Both the position numbers and the translations under genes were made by a program. The notes beneath the pieces were generated by a model. That model worked only from the letters and a program-made list of their open reading frames with translations. It was not told where the DNA came from and made no database searches. Shown here one piece after another: positions 11,755-20,367 of a DNA stretch of 64,000 nt; position 1 is the stretch's first letter, and each line of letters begins with the position of its first letter. The stretch comes from Promethearchaeota archaeon (GTDB taxonomy: Archaea > Asgardarchaeota > Lokiarchaeia > Sigyniarchaeales > SOKP01): positions 608,001 through 672,000 of the forward strand of contig JAHPZA010000010.1 of NCBI GenBank assembly GCA_019058445.1, in the 5' to 3' direction.

Positions 11755-11926
11755 AGTTCTCTAAATTTCGAATTTTTCTCCTTATAATTGATCATCACCT
11801 CAACAAATTATATATTTTTAGTTTTTCAAAATTACCCATGGCTTTCCTAAAATGTCATCTATAAAAATTTAAATTTTACAGAGAATATAAGTAAAATACC
11901 TTCATTTAAATAACAATTTTCTAAAT

Positions 11927-12409
11927 ATGAAGAAAAATAGAGGAAAGGAACTACTAAGAAGTAGAGTCAACAAAGCACTGTTTCTTAAATCTATTATCTA
12001 TTTTCCAATTTTTTGTGTGTTAATAATATTGGCTTTATTTGGAACTGTGTTTTTAATTTTACTTCTATTAGCTTTTTTATTGTACTTATTATGGGTAATT
12101 GATTCCTATATTCCTTATCTTATTATCTATGAAGAGGGAATTTTAATTAGATCGAAGAAAAGTGCTACGCTTTGGTTCTTGCGTAAGTTCATTCCGTTTG
12201 AACAAATTATAGATGCCAAAATAACAAACAAGATTGTAAAAGTAAAGAGGACTGCGAGAAGAGTCTATAATCCACCCATTGAAATTGAAATAAATGAACT
12301 GGTAATAGATGTAAAAGATCATAAATCTTATATAATAGATAAAAGATTTTTGGCACATATATCTAAAAAAGCACTTAGTTTGATTTTAAAATATAAAAAA
12401 GGTCAATAA
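11927..12409 (+). CDS. Membrane protein with PH-like domain, paralog of 5832..6422
   Basis: 2 TM segments followed by IYEEGILIRS...FIPFEQIIDAKI. Confidence 0.55.
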   Translation: MKKNRGKELLRSRVNKALFLKSIIYFPIFCVLIILALFGTVFLILLLLAFLLYLLWVIDSYIPYLIIYEEGILIRSKKSATLWFLRKFIPFEQIIDAKITNKIVKVKRTARRVYNPPIEIEINELVIDVKDHKSYIIDKRFLAHISKKALSLILKYKKGQ

Positions 12410-12484
12410 CTCTTTGAGTACATAGCTCTAAAAGATGTAATAAATAATATAATAATAAAATATAATTATTAAAGAAATGGAATT

Positions 12485-13021
12485 ATGCCAATAGTTAGTT
12501 CAATACCAATCGCGATTTTTTATTATATTTTACTGTTTTTAGGCACTATAGTCTGCATAATTGTGTTATTTATGGGAAATGGAGATATAACAAATATTTT
12601 TGGTTATTTTTTTATCTCAGGAACTGGATTAGTTTGTCATCTTATATTAGTAGGGGATCTTTTTGATAACCAGGATATAGATTATCCCTATAGAACTTAC
12701 ATTTGCATAATTTTAATTGGAGTTTTCTTTTATTTGGTCGCAATTTTTTATGGTTTGTTTATAATTCTACTTCTCTTTTATCAGGTTTCAAAAAGTACTT
12801 TTGCATTTTTCAATTTTATATCCTTTGCAATATTATGGATTCTTGTCATAAGTGTTTCTTTATATAGCATCTTTATATATTCAGTTAAAGAAGAAGAAAA
12901 ATTAAGAGACAGACTAATTGAGAAAAAAAGGAGAGCCAGACAAAAAAAGAAAGAACTACGAGATAAAATGGAAGAGTATCTACAATGGAAAGCTAGGGAA
13001 AAACCAGACCAACAAAGTTAA
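12485..13021 (+). CDS. Hypothetical 4-TM membrane protein with charged C-terminal tail
   Basis: Four hydrophobic segments, then a K/R/E-rich helix. Confidence 0.6.
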   Translation: MPIVSSIPIAIFYYILLFLGTIVCIIVLFMGNGDITNIFGYFFISGTGLVCHLILVGDLFDNQDIDYPYRTYICIILIGVFFYLVAIFYGLFIILLLFYQVSKSTFAFFNFISFAILWILVISVSLYSIFIYSVKEEEKLRDRLIEKKRRARQKKKELRDKMEEYLQWKAREKPDQQS

Positions 13022-13050
13022 TTAAAAAAAAAAGTAAAAATTGATTTAAT

Positions 13051-15185
13051 TTAGCCTATTTCAACATCCATCTTCTTACGCTCTTCAAGGAGATCGTCAA
13101 CTACAGATGGATCGGCTAAGGTTGTGACATTTCCAATATCAGTTCCAGATGCGATAGCTTTTAAAATTCGACGCATGATTTTACCGCTTCTGGTTTTTGG
13201 GAGAGCATCGGCAAATTGAACGACATCAGGTTGAAATACTGGTCCTATTTCTTTTCGAACATGATTTTTAATATCTCTCTTCAACTCAACTGATTTATCA
13301 ACGCCTTGCATTAAAGTAACAAAACTCCAAATGGCTTGACCCTTAATTTTGTGGGGAAAAGGAGCTACTGCAGCTTCAGCTACCTTCGGATGACTCACTA
13401 TTGCTGATTCGACTTCCATGGTTCCAATTCGGTGGCCTGAAACCTTAATCACATCATCTAATCTGCCTAAAATCCAATAATAACCATCTTCGTCTCGACG
13501 TGCTCCATCTCCAGTATAGTAACATCCCGGATACCTTTCGAGATAAGTCGATTTGAATCGTTCGGTGTCACCCCACACATCTCTTAACATACCAGGCCAT
13601 GGTTGAGCCATACAAAAATATCCTCCTTCATGGGCTTCAGTTACCTCGTCTCCTTCTAAATCAAAAATTATCGGTTTGATTCCTAAGAATGGTAAGCAAC
13701 ATGAACCTGGTTTTGTGGGTGTAGCGGTCGCTATCGGCGTCATTATAAAGCCCCCCGTTTCTGTTAGCTAATGAGTGCGAATTGCAATCATCTTTTGCCA
13801 GTATGTATCAACGATGGGGCATTTTTCCTTTCCTACAATTCTGTGATACCACGTCCATGCCTCAGGGTTTTTCCCAAACTACGCATAAGTTGCATAATTT
13901 ATTGGTTCCCCTACAGTACCTAAGACGCGGATAGAGCTGAGATCATGTTTATTCACAGGCTCATCACCATATCGCATTAACGCTCTTATTGCCGTCGGAG
14001 CTGTATAAAACTGTGTAACCTTGTGTCGCTCAACAATATCCCAAAAGCGGTCCACATTTCCCCCATATGAAGAAATTTCAATTTTTCCTAAAGAATTAGG
14101 ATTTTTAATTTGTATGACTGGGTATGTAGGCACGCTTTCAAACATAAGTGTTGTAGCGCCATTTGCTAATGGTCCATATACAATATAACTATGTCCGGTA
14201 ATCCAACCTATATTTCAGCTAAGCTAAGCGAGTTGCTTTAACTTTCTGCTGTACAATACCAGACATCGCCATCCTTATAATTAAACACCACTCTATGTGT
14301 AAATGAAGTGTAAAGGATATAACCTGCTGTGGTATGTTTCACCCCTTTAGGTTTACCAGTAGTTCCGCTTGTATATAGGATGAATAAGGTGTCTTCAGAA
14401 TCCATTTCTTCACAATCACAATCCTCATTCATACCATCAATGAAATCATGATACCAGATATCCTTGTTGGTGCTTGGAACTTCATTTCCCGTACGCTTTA
14501 CTATTATAACATGCTCTATGGTAGGTACGTCATCGATAATTTGAGCGACATCTGCCATTTTTGGATAGGTTTTTCCCGCTCTAAAGGTCTCATCGCTAGT
14601 AAACAACAATCTCGAATCAGAATCCTCAATCCTATCTTTTACTGCTTCTTTTGAAAATCCGCCAAATACAATAGAATGAATTATTCCAAGTCGAGCGCAG
14701 GCTAACATAATAATTGCCAATTCAGGCAACATAGGGAGCCAAATGGTGACCCTATCTCCTTTTTTGAGCCCAAATTTTTTCATGCCGTTGGCAACTTTAC
14801 ACACTTCTTTTTTTAGCTCGCTAAATGTGAATTTTCTCACTTCTCCGGGTTCATCAGCCTCCCAGATTAGAGCGGTATGGTCGCCTTTCCCTTTTTTGAT
14901 ATGGCGATCGATACAATTATAGCATACGTTTAATTTTCCGCCAACAAACCATTTTCCGGGAAATAAGTCCGTTTTTTCCCAAACTTTATCGTAAGGTTTG
15001 AACCAGTCTAAAGATTTAGCTTGCTCGCCCCAAAACCCCTCCATATCATCAATACTTTGCTGCCACAGTTTTTTATATTCTTCGAAAGACATCCCGGTCT
15101 TTGCATAATCAGGATTTAAATTAACCGGATTGAAAACACGTGTTTCTGTAAGAATCGATTCCATTTTTTTATCTTCTTCTGACAT
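13051..15185 (-). CDS. acs: Acetyl-CoA synthetase (AMP-forming), five exons and four putative BHB introns; 660 aa after splicing
   Basis: Exons 15185-14246, 14213-14118, 14057-13901, 13870-13794 and 13763-13051 total 1983 nt (661 codons with stop). The joined protein has [53 protein letters not shown] and PKTRSGK. Confidence 0.92.
13764..13793 (-). other. Putative BHB intron 4 of acs (30 nt; in-frame TAG)
   Basis: CU-GGCA-AA^A-GAUGAUUGC-AAUUC-GCACUCAUU-AGCU-AA^C-AG, with 8 of 9 inner-stem pairs. Removal restores DTYWQTETGG. Confidence 0.83.
13871..13900 (-). other. Putative BHB intron 3 of acs (30 nt; in-frame TAG)
   Basis: ACCA-AU^A-AAUUAUGCA-ACUUA-UGCGUAGUU-UGGG-AA^A, with a 9-bp inner stem. 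Removal restores GEPINPEAW. Confidence 0.85.
14058..14117 (-). other. Putative BHB intron 2 of acs (60 nt; in frame, no stop)
   Basis: CUACAU-ACCC-AG^U-CAUA...UCCUAA-UUCU-UUAGGA...UAUG-GGGG-AA^A-UGUGG. Removal converts [28 protein letters not shown] to YPDVDRFW. Confidence 0.75.
14214..14245 (-). other. Putative BHB intron 1 of acs (32 nt; frameshifting, with in-frame TAA)
   Basis: UGUA-CAGC-AG^A-AAGUUAAAGC-AACUC-GCUUAGCUUA-GCUG-AA^A-UAUA. Central helix CAGC/GCUG pairs 4/4. Removal restores the Asp codon of CTAD-IGW. Confidence 0.85.
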
Positions 15186-15190
15186 AAATT

Positions 15191-15196
15191 ATCACC
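15191..15196 (-). promoter_or_regulatory. Shine-Dalgarno site of acs
   Basis: GGTGAT on the minus strand, 5 nt upstream of the acs ATG; matches the archaeal SD consensus. Confidence 0.6.
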
Positions 15197-15341
15197 AAAT
15201 TTGATACTTGAATAGAATATTTTTTTATATAGAAATTTTCTTAATCACATGAATTCAATAACAGTTTTAAACATTTTATATAAATTTTATAAATAATTAT
15301 ATACTTAGAGAACGAAATTATTTTGTACTTGAGGGGTTAAA

Positions 15342-17249
15342 ATGGAAAGAATTGATTTATTAGATAAAGACTGGAGAGAGAAATGGAAAAATAAGGAAAT
15401 AACACCCAAAGAGGCAATAGGGAAGATTATTCCTGGAAATCGGGTATTTATTGATACTGGGTGTAGTGAACCGCAGGCATTAACAGATGAATTAATCAAA
15501 CAATCTGAAAAATTGATAGATACTGAGTTAATTCACTTTCTCACAATTTATCCTCAAAAATATTTCAAAGATAAGGCAGAAGATTTGTTTAGGCATAATG
15601 CGTTTTTTATAGGGAAAGCTCTCAGAGAGGAAATAAATAAAGGACAAGCAGATTATACACCTATAATAGCCAGTGAAATTCCTTCATTATTTCTTTCAGG
15701 TCGTAAATATTGTGATGTTGCCTTAATTCAAGTAACTCCCCCGGATCGATATGGTTTTTGCTCATTTGGAGTTAATGTTGATGTTGCTAAGCCAATTGCC
15801 CAATCAGCGTACATTACTATTGCCGAGATAAATCCCCAAATGCCCAGAACATTGGGAAATAGCTTCATCCACATGAAAGAAATTGATCATTTTGTGTATA
15901 ACGACACACCTCTCATAGAATTCCAGTTTAAGGAAAAGAATGAGATTATTGAGAGAATAGGAAAAAATGTAGCAGGTATCATTCAAAATAAATCAACAAT
16001 CCATATTGGTAATGGATATATTCCGAATGCTTGTTTAAATTACTTATTTGAAAAAAGAGATCTTGGAATGCACTCTCATTTTATAACTGATAATATCATA
16101 CATTTAATAGAAAACACTGTTTTAACATGTAGGAAAAAGAACTTCCATCCTGAAAAGATTATTACTAGCTACGCGTTAGGAACAAAAAAGCTATTTGATT
16201 TTATCAATAATAATCCTTACATTGAGTTTTATCCAACAGATTACATCTGCAATCCCCGATATATCGCAATGAATAAAAACATGGTTTCAATAAATCAAGC
16301 ATTACAAATCGATTTAACAGGCCAAGTAAATACTTCAACAAAAGGATACAAATTTCATACTGGAATTGGAGATACTGTGGATTTTATGAGAGGGGCAGCG
16401 CTTTCTAAGGGTGGAAAGCCAATAATTGTTTTACCTTCAACAAGAAAAGAGGGAACGGAATCAACCATAGTTCCCCATTTAGACGAGGGAGCGGGAATAA
16501 TTCTTTCTCGAGCAGATATTCACTATGTTGTAACCGAATGGGGAGTAGCATATCTTCATGGAAGGACAATTCGAGAAAGAGCCTTAGAATTAATATCTAT
16601 TGCCCATCCTGATTTTAGACAGTCTTTATTAGATCAAGCGAAAATATTGAACTACATTTACTCTGATCAATTATTACCCTGCGATGAGGAAGGAAATATT
16701 TGTATTTATCCAAAACACTATGAGACCTATTTTGTGACTAGAGCTGAAGAAAAAGTTATTGTACGCCCGGTAAGGACAACTGACGAACCTCTCTTGAAAA
16801 AATTGTATTATTCTTTAGATGAAAGAGATAGATATTTGAGGTTCTTTGAGGTGAAAAAGGAATTTACACATTCAAAAACACAACATGAGGTTAATATTGA
16901 TTATGAGAATATCTTTTCAATTGGAGCTTTTGTAGGAGATATTACAAATCAGGAAATGGTGGGAAACGCATCTTATTACTATAATCCCCGAAATAATATG
17001 GCAGAATACAGCTTTTTAGTTCGAGAAGATTATAGAGGTAAAGGAGTGGGCTCTTTTCTCTATCACCACTTAATCATCATAGCAAAAGAAAGGGGAATAA
17101 AAGGATTTTATGGAACTATTCACATCCAAAATAAACAGACGGTACAGATCATAAGGAAAGGAGGGTACACAAAAATTACACCTCCAGAAGCAGGAGAAAA
17201 AGAATTATTTTATGAAGTTTTTTTTGATAAAGACAATTCAAATGAATAA
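15342..17249 (+). CDS. Acetyl-CoA hydrolase/CoA-transferase fused to a C-terminal GNAT acetyltransferase
   Basis: DVALIQVTPPD, IDLTGQV, DFMRGAALSKGG and VVTEWGVAYLHG in the N-terminal part; C-terminal VREDYRGKGVG GNAT motif A. Divergent from acs. Confidence 0.88.
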   Translation: MERIDLLDKDWREKWKNKEITPKEAIGKIIPGNRVFIDTGCSEPQALTDELIKQSEKLIDTELIHFLTIYPQKYFKDKAEDLFRHNAFFIGKALREEINKGQADYTPIIASEIPSLFLSGRKYCDVALIQVTPPDRYGFCSFGVNVDVAKPIAQSAYITIAEINPQMPRTLGNSFIHMKEIDHFVYNDTPLIEFQFKEKNEIIERIGKNVAGIIQNKSTIHIGNGYIPNACLNYLFEKRDLGMHSHFITDNIIHLIENTVLTCRKKNFHPEKIITSYALGTKKLFDFINNNPYIEFYPTDYICNPRYIAMNKNMVSINQALQIDLTGQVNTSTKGYKFHTGIGDTVDFMRGAALSKGGKPIIVLPSTRKEGTESTIVPHLDEGAGIILSRADIHYVVTEWGVAYLHGRTIRERALELISIAHPDFRQSLLDQAKILNYIYSDQLLPCDEEGNICIYPKHYETYFVTRAEEKVIVRPVRTTDEPLLKKLYYSLDERDRYLRFFEVKKEFTHSKTQHEVNIDYENIFSIGAFVGDITNQEMVGNASYYYNPRNNMAEYSFLVREDYRGKGVGSFLYHHLIIIAKERGIKGFYGTIHIQNKQTVQIIRKGGYTKITPPEAGEKELFYEVFFDKDNSNE

Positions 17250-17414
17250 ATTAATAAAGAATTCTTCCAAAAAATCATTAAAGCTTTTTAAAAAGAATAT
17301 TAAACAATAAAATAAAAATTTAGGTGTTAAAAAATAATTCAAATTGTATTTTTAATAGTATTTTTTATTGTAACAGTCGCAAATTTATTCTCATGTATAA
17401 AAGGGAATAAGAAA

Positions 17415-18008
17415 TTGGAGCATATCTCAAAACCTTTGTTAATGCCCGTTTTAGCCTTGTACTTTATATTTGCTACATTCACTGATGGAACTAACTGGCT
17501 TATAGTTTTAGCACTGTTATTTGGATGTATCGGGGATATTTTTTTAATGTTAGAAAACGAAGAAAAATGGTTCATATTTGGAATGGTAGGATTTCTAATA
17601 GGACATATATTTTATATAATTGCGTTCTTGCTCTCGATTGGAGGTCAACTCACGTCTTTCCCATTTTGGGGGATTCTTATGATTGTTCCAGTTATAATAA
17701 TTCTATTGTTAACGTTCCCAAGATTCAAGGATCATATGGGCGAGTTAAAAATACCTGTATATGTCTACATGGCAACAATTTTATTAATGCATTTATCCGC
17801 AATTTTAAGATTAGCTGTACTTGATGTTTTTTGTCCATGTTTTTTACTCGTTTGGATAGGCTCAATTTTATTTATATTATCTGACTCTTTAATAGCTGTT
17901 GATACATTCAATGAGAATATAGAAATTCCTAATTTCTATATCATGTTGACTTACATTTTCGGTCAGTTTTTCATCGCTCAAGGAATAATAATGACAATTT
18001 TAATGTAG
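17415..18008 (+). CDS. Lysoplasmalogenase-like (YhhN/TMEM86) membrane protein
   Basis: SKPLLMP, GDIFL, FLIGHIFY, FILSDSLIA and IMLTYIFGQ motifs. The frame is open upstream to 17331, so the real N-terminus is probably longer. Confidence 0.85.
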   Translation: MEHISKPLLMPVLALYFIFATFTDGTNWLIVLALLFGCIGDIFLMLENEEKWFIFGMVGFLIGHIFYIIAFLLSIGGQLTSFPFWGILMIVPVIIILLLTFPRFKDHMGELKIPVYVYMATILLMHLSAILRLAVLDVFCPCFLLVWIGSILFILSDSLIAVDTFNENIEIPNFYIMLTYIFGQFFIAQGIIMTILM

Positions 18009-18086
18009 AGGATTTATTAGAGATTATAAAATCATTAATAATCACTAGTTTTATTTCTTTTTTTTAATTTTTAAATTTATAGAAAT

Positions 18087-18881
18087 ATGAAATTTAAATA
18101 CACTGATTACCACGTTCATACTAAATGGAGCCATGATATAAAGGAATTTGGTCCATCATTTGAAGATTATTTGGATATTGCAGAAAGAAATAATATTAAT
18201 CTCTGTTTTTTGGATCATTATGAGTTATACTACATTGAAAATGATGAGACATATCCCTTTTATGATGGTAAAATAGAGCAATATTTAGAAGAAATTGATA
18301 ATGTAAAAGCGACATATGATTTTGTGCTAAGTGGTCTTGAAGTAGACTATTATCTGGATTATGAAATAAAGCTTCGAGAATTTATGGATGACTATGGAAA
18401 GGACTTCAATTTTATAGCAGGTACTCTCCATGAACCACATATTGGTTTACCTGTAACTAGTAGGGATTTATTAATCGAGCTTCTAGGAAAAAAAGATGTG
18501 AAACAAGTTGTTGATGACTTCTTTAGACAATCAGAAATGATGATTAAATCTCAAATTTTCCAGAATATTTGTCACTTGGATACAATCTTTCGATATATCA
18601 ATATAAGAGATTTAAAACCAACTTCCGATACAGATGTTTCAGATGACCGAGTGTTAAATTTAGGAAGACTTTGTATAAAAAATAATATAAATATAGAATA
18701 TAATCTTTCAGGATTAAAATTTCCCATCAATAGACCATTTCCGTCTACGGCTGTAATTACTCAATTAAAAAGAGAGGGAGCTAAAATTTTTGTAGGATCT
18801 GATAGCCACTCTATTAATTACTTTCAAACGAGTATTTCCAAAGTAAAGAAAGCCTATAAGTTTTTAAAAAAGATTGGCTAA
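18087..18881 (+). CDS. PHP-domain phosphatase (histidinol-phosphatase HisK/HisJ family)
   Basis: DYHVHT, LDH, GLEVDY, HLD and GSDSH metal-binding motifs. Confidence 0.85.
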   Translation: MKFKYTDYHVHTKWSHDIKEFGPSFEDYLDIAERNNINLCFLDHYELYYIENDETYPFYDGKIEQYLEEIDNVKATYDFVLSGLEVDYYLDYEIKLREFMDDYGKDFNFIAGTLHEPHIGLPVTSRDLLIELLGKKDVKQVVDDFFRQSEMMIKSQIFQNICHLDTIFRYINIRDLKPTSDTDVSDDRVLNLGRLCIKNNINIEYNLSGLKFPINRPFPSTAVITQLKREGAKIFVGSDSHSINYFQTSISKVKKAYKFLKKIG

Positions 18882-18907
18882 CAAGACTTATTAAAGAATA
18901 TTAAAGA

Positions 18908-20176
18908 TTATAGGTCTAAACTTCTTTTTTTTGCAAATAAATTTTTTAATTCATCGAGGACTTGGGATCTAGCACCTGCTCCTCCTCTATTTACTTCTAT
19001 AACTTCAGGACTTTTAATTTCTATTGGTACTCCAGATTGAACAGATTTTAATTGAAAAGCTTCGTAAGCTCCACTTTCTATTGCTGCTAATCTATTTTCA
19101 ATATTATTAATTTGAGTAGAAATACTTTCTGACAAACGTATAACGGCATTCATTGTCTCCTCTAATATTTTTCCTAATCCTTCCACTTTATTAATTGTAG
19201 GATCTGTAAGATCATAATGTGTCTTCATTACCTCTTTCAGAAACTTAGCAAATTTGGGTTCCCTGGATAAAAGAGAAAATATTGACGTTAAATATATCTC
19301 ATAATCAAAAGCAGAATCTTTTCTTTCTTGAAAGATTTCTTTTAATGAGGTTTTTAAAGATTCGACATTTAATAAAATAGCTGGATCATTTCTTAAATCT
19401 GGATCATACTTGTGAATAAAAATTAAAAAGTAAGGTTTTTCCTCTAATGCTATTAAAATATCAAGGATATCCTTAAAATATCTAATTGAGCTTTCAAATC
19501 TATCTGAATCTTGAACATCAATAACATAAATTAATAGGTCAATTTGCATAAAATATTTCTCTGGATCTTCAAAATATCTTTTTCTAAATAATTCTTGACC
19601 TCCAAAATCCCATATAAATAAATCTAATGTGTCAGTTTTTATATGCTTGCGTTCGATTCCTTTAGTAGGTTTCAAAGATGCTAAATCATTTATTCCTAAA
19701 TGTCCGCCGAACTTAGAGAGAATTGCAGTTTTACCAGCATTATCTAATCCAACAACAGTAATTTTTTGCTCTCGTTTTTTCTCTACAATTGATTCTTCTT
19801 TAATGCTTTTAATTATAGAACTTATTCTAACTGTTTTTTTTAATTTTTCTTCAAAATTAGGATATTTTTCTCTGATATTTTGGATTTTAGATTGTAGATT
19901 TTCTTCTTCTTCTTTAGCTTTTTTAGATTCATCCACTCTATCAAGTTCCATTAAGATATTGAGGTGAGTAAAAGGATCTTCTTTATTTAATTCTGCGGCT
20001 TCGTTGATTTTAGTTACTTTAAAAAGATCAGCTATCTCTGCAATTTCTTCTTCGTTTAAAAACTTAAAAGCAGAAATAGGTAAATTTAGAATGTCCTTTA
20101 TACTTTTTACTTTTTTACTTATTTCTGGGTTCAAAAATTTTGAGAATAATTTAATTACTGAGACTTCAGGTGTCAT
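18908..20176 (-). CDS. Arf-like small GTPase with N-terminal extension and C-terminal coiled coil (paralog 1 of 3)
   Basis: GLDNAGKT, KPTKG, WDFGGQ and HKYD motifs. Confidence 0.85.
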   Translation of the reverse strand: MTPEVSVIKLFSKFLNPEISKKVKSIKDILNLPISAFKFLNEEEIAEIADLFKVTKINEAAELNKEDPFTHLNILMELDRVDESKKAKEEEENLQSKIQNIREKYPNFEEKLKKTVRISSIIKSIKEESIVEKKREQKITVVGLDNAGKTAILSKFGGHLGINDLASLKPTKGIERKHIKTDTLDLFIWDFGGQELFRKRYFEDPEKYFMQIDLLIYVIDVQDSDRFESSIRYFKDILDILIALEEKPYFLIFIHKYDPDLRNDPAILLNVESLKTSLKEIFQERKDSAFDYEIYLTSIFSLLSREPKFAKFLKEVMKTHYDLTDPTINKVEGLGKILEETMNAVIRLSESISTQINNIENRLAAIESGAYEAFQLKSVQSGVPIEIKSPEVIEVNRGGAGARSQVLDELKNLFAKKRSLDL

Positions 20177-20367
20177 CGTATTTATTTTTTTCTTTTAATA
20201 CTATATAAAAAAACTTATTATTATTCTTTGTTATCTTATTAAAAGTACTATTACACAATTAAGAAAAGAATGACTCTTAAAAGTAGCATTAATTCGATAT
20301 TATTTAATGAATTAGGTATATTTCTATCATTATACTGTTTGAAATTTATAAAAAAAAGTTATCTCAA

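Noticed and set aside
13764-14245. Inserts as ribosomal-bypass (hop/byp) elements, MITE footprints or spliceosomal-type introns
   Set aside because: No matched take-off/landing codons in the correct frame for inserts 1 and 4, no target-site duplications, and no GT...AG ends. The BHB geometry explains all four.
13051-15185. acs as an ordinary decayed pseudogene or three separate genes
   Set aside because: All disruptions are discrete structured inserts, and the exons contain no stops or frameshifts. Excision restores conserved motifs exactly, and the SD site is intact.
17324-17414. Non-canonical ATA/ATT start for the YhhN-like gene
   Set aside because: Removing one A from the A6 run at 17329-17334 gives a normal GTG start in frame, so this cannot be distinguished from a homopolymer error.
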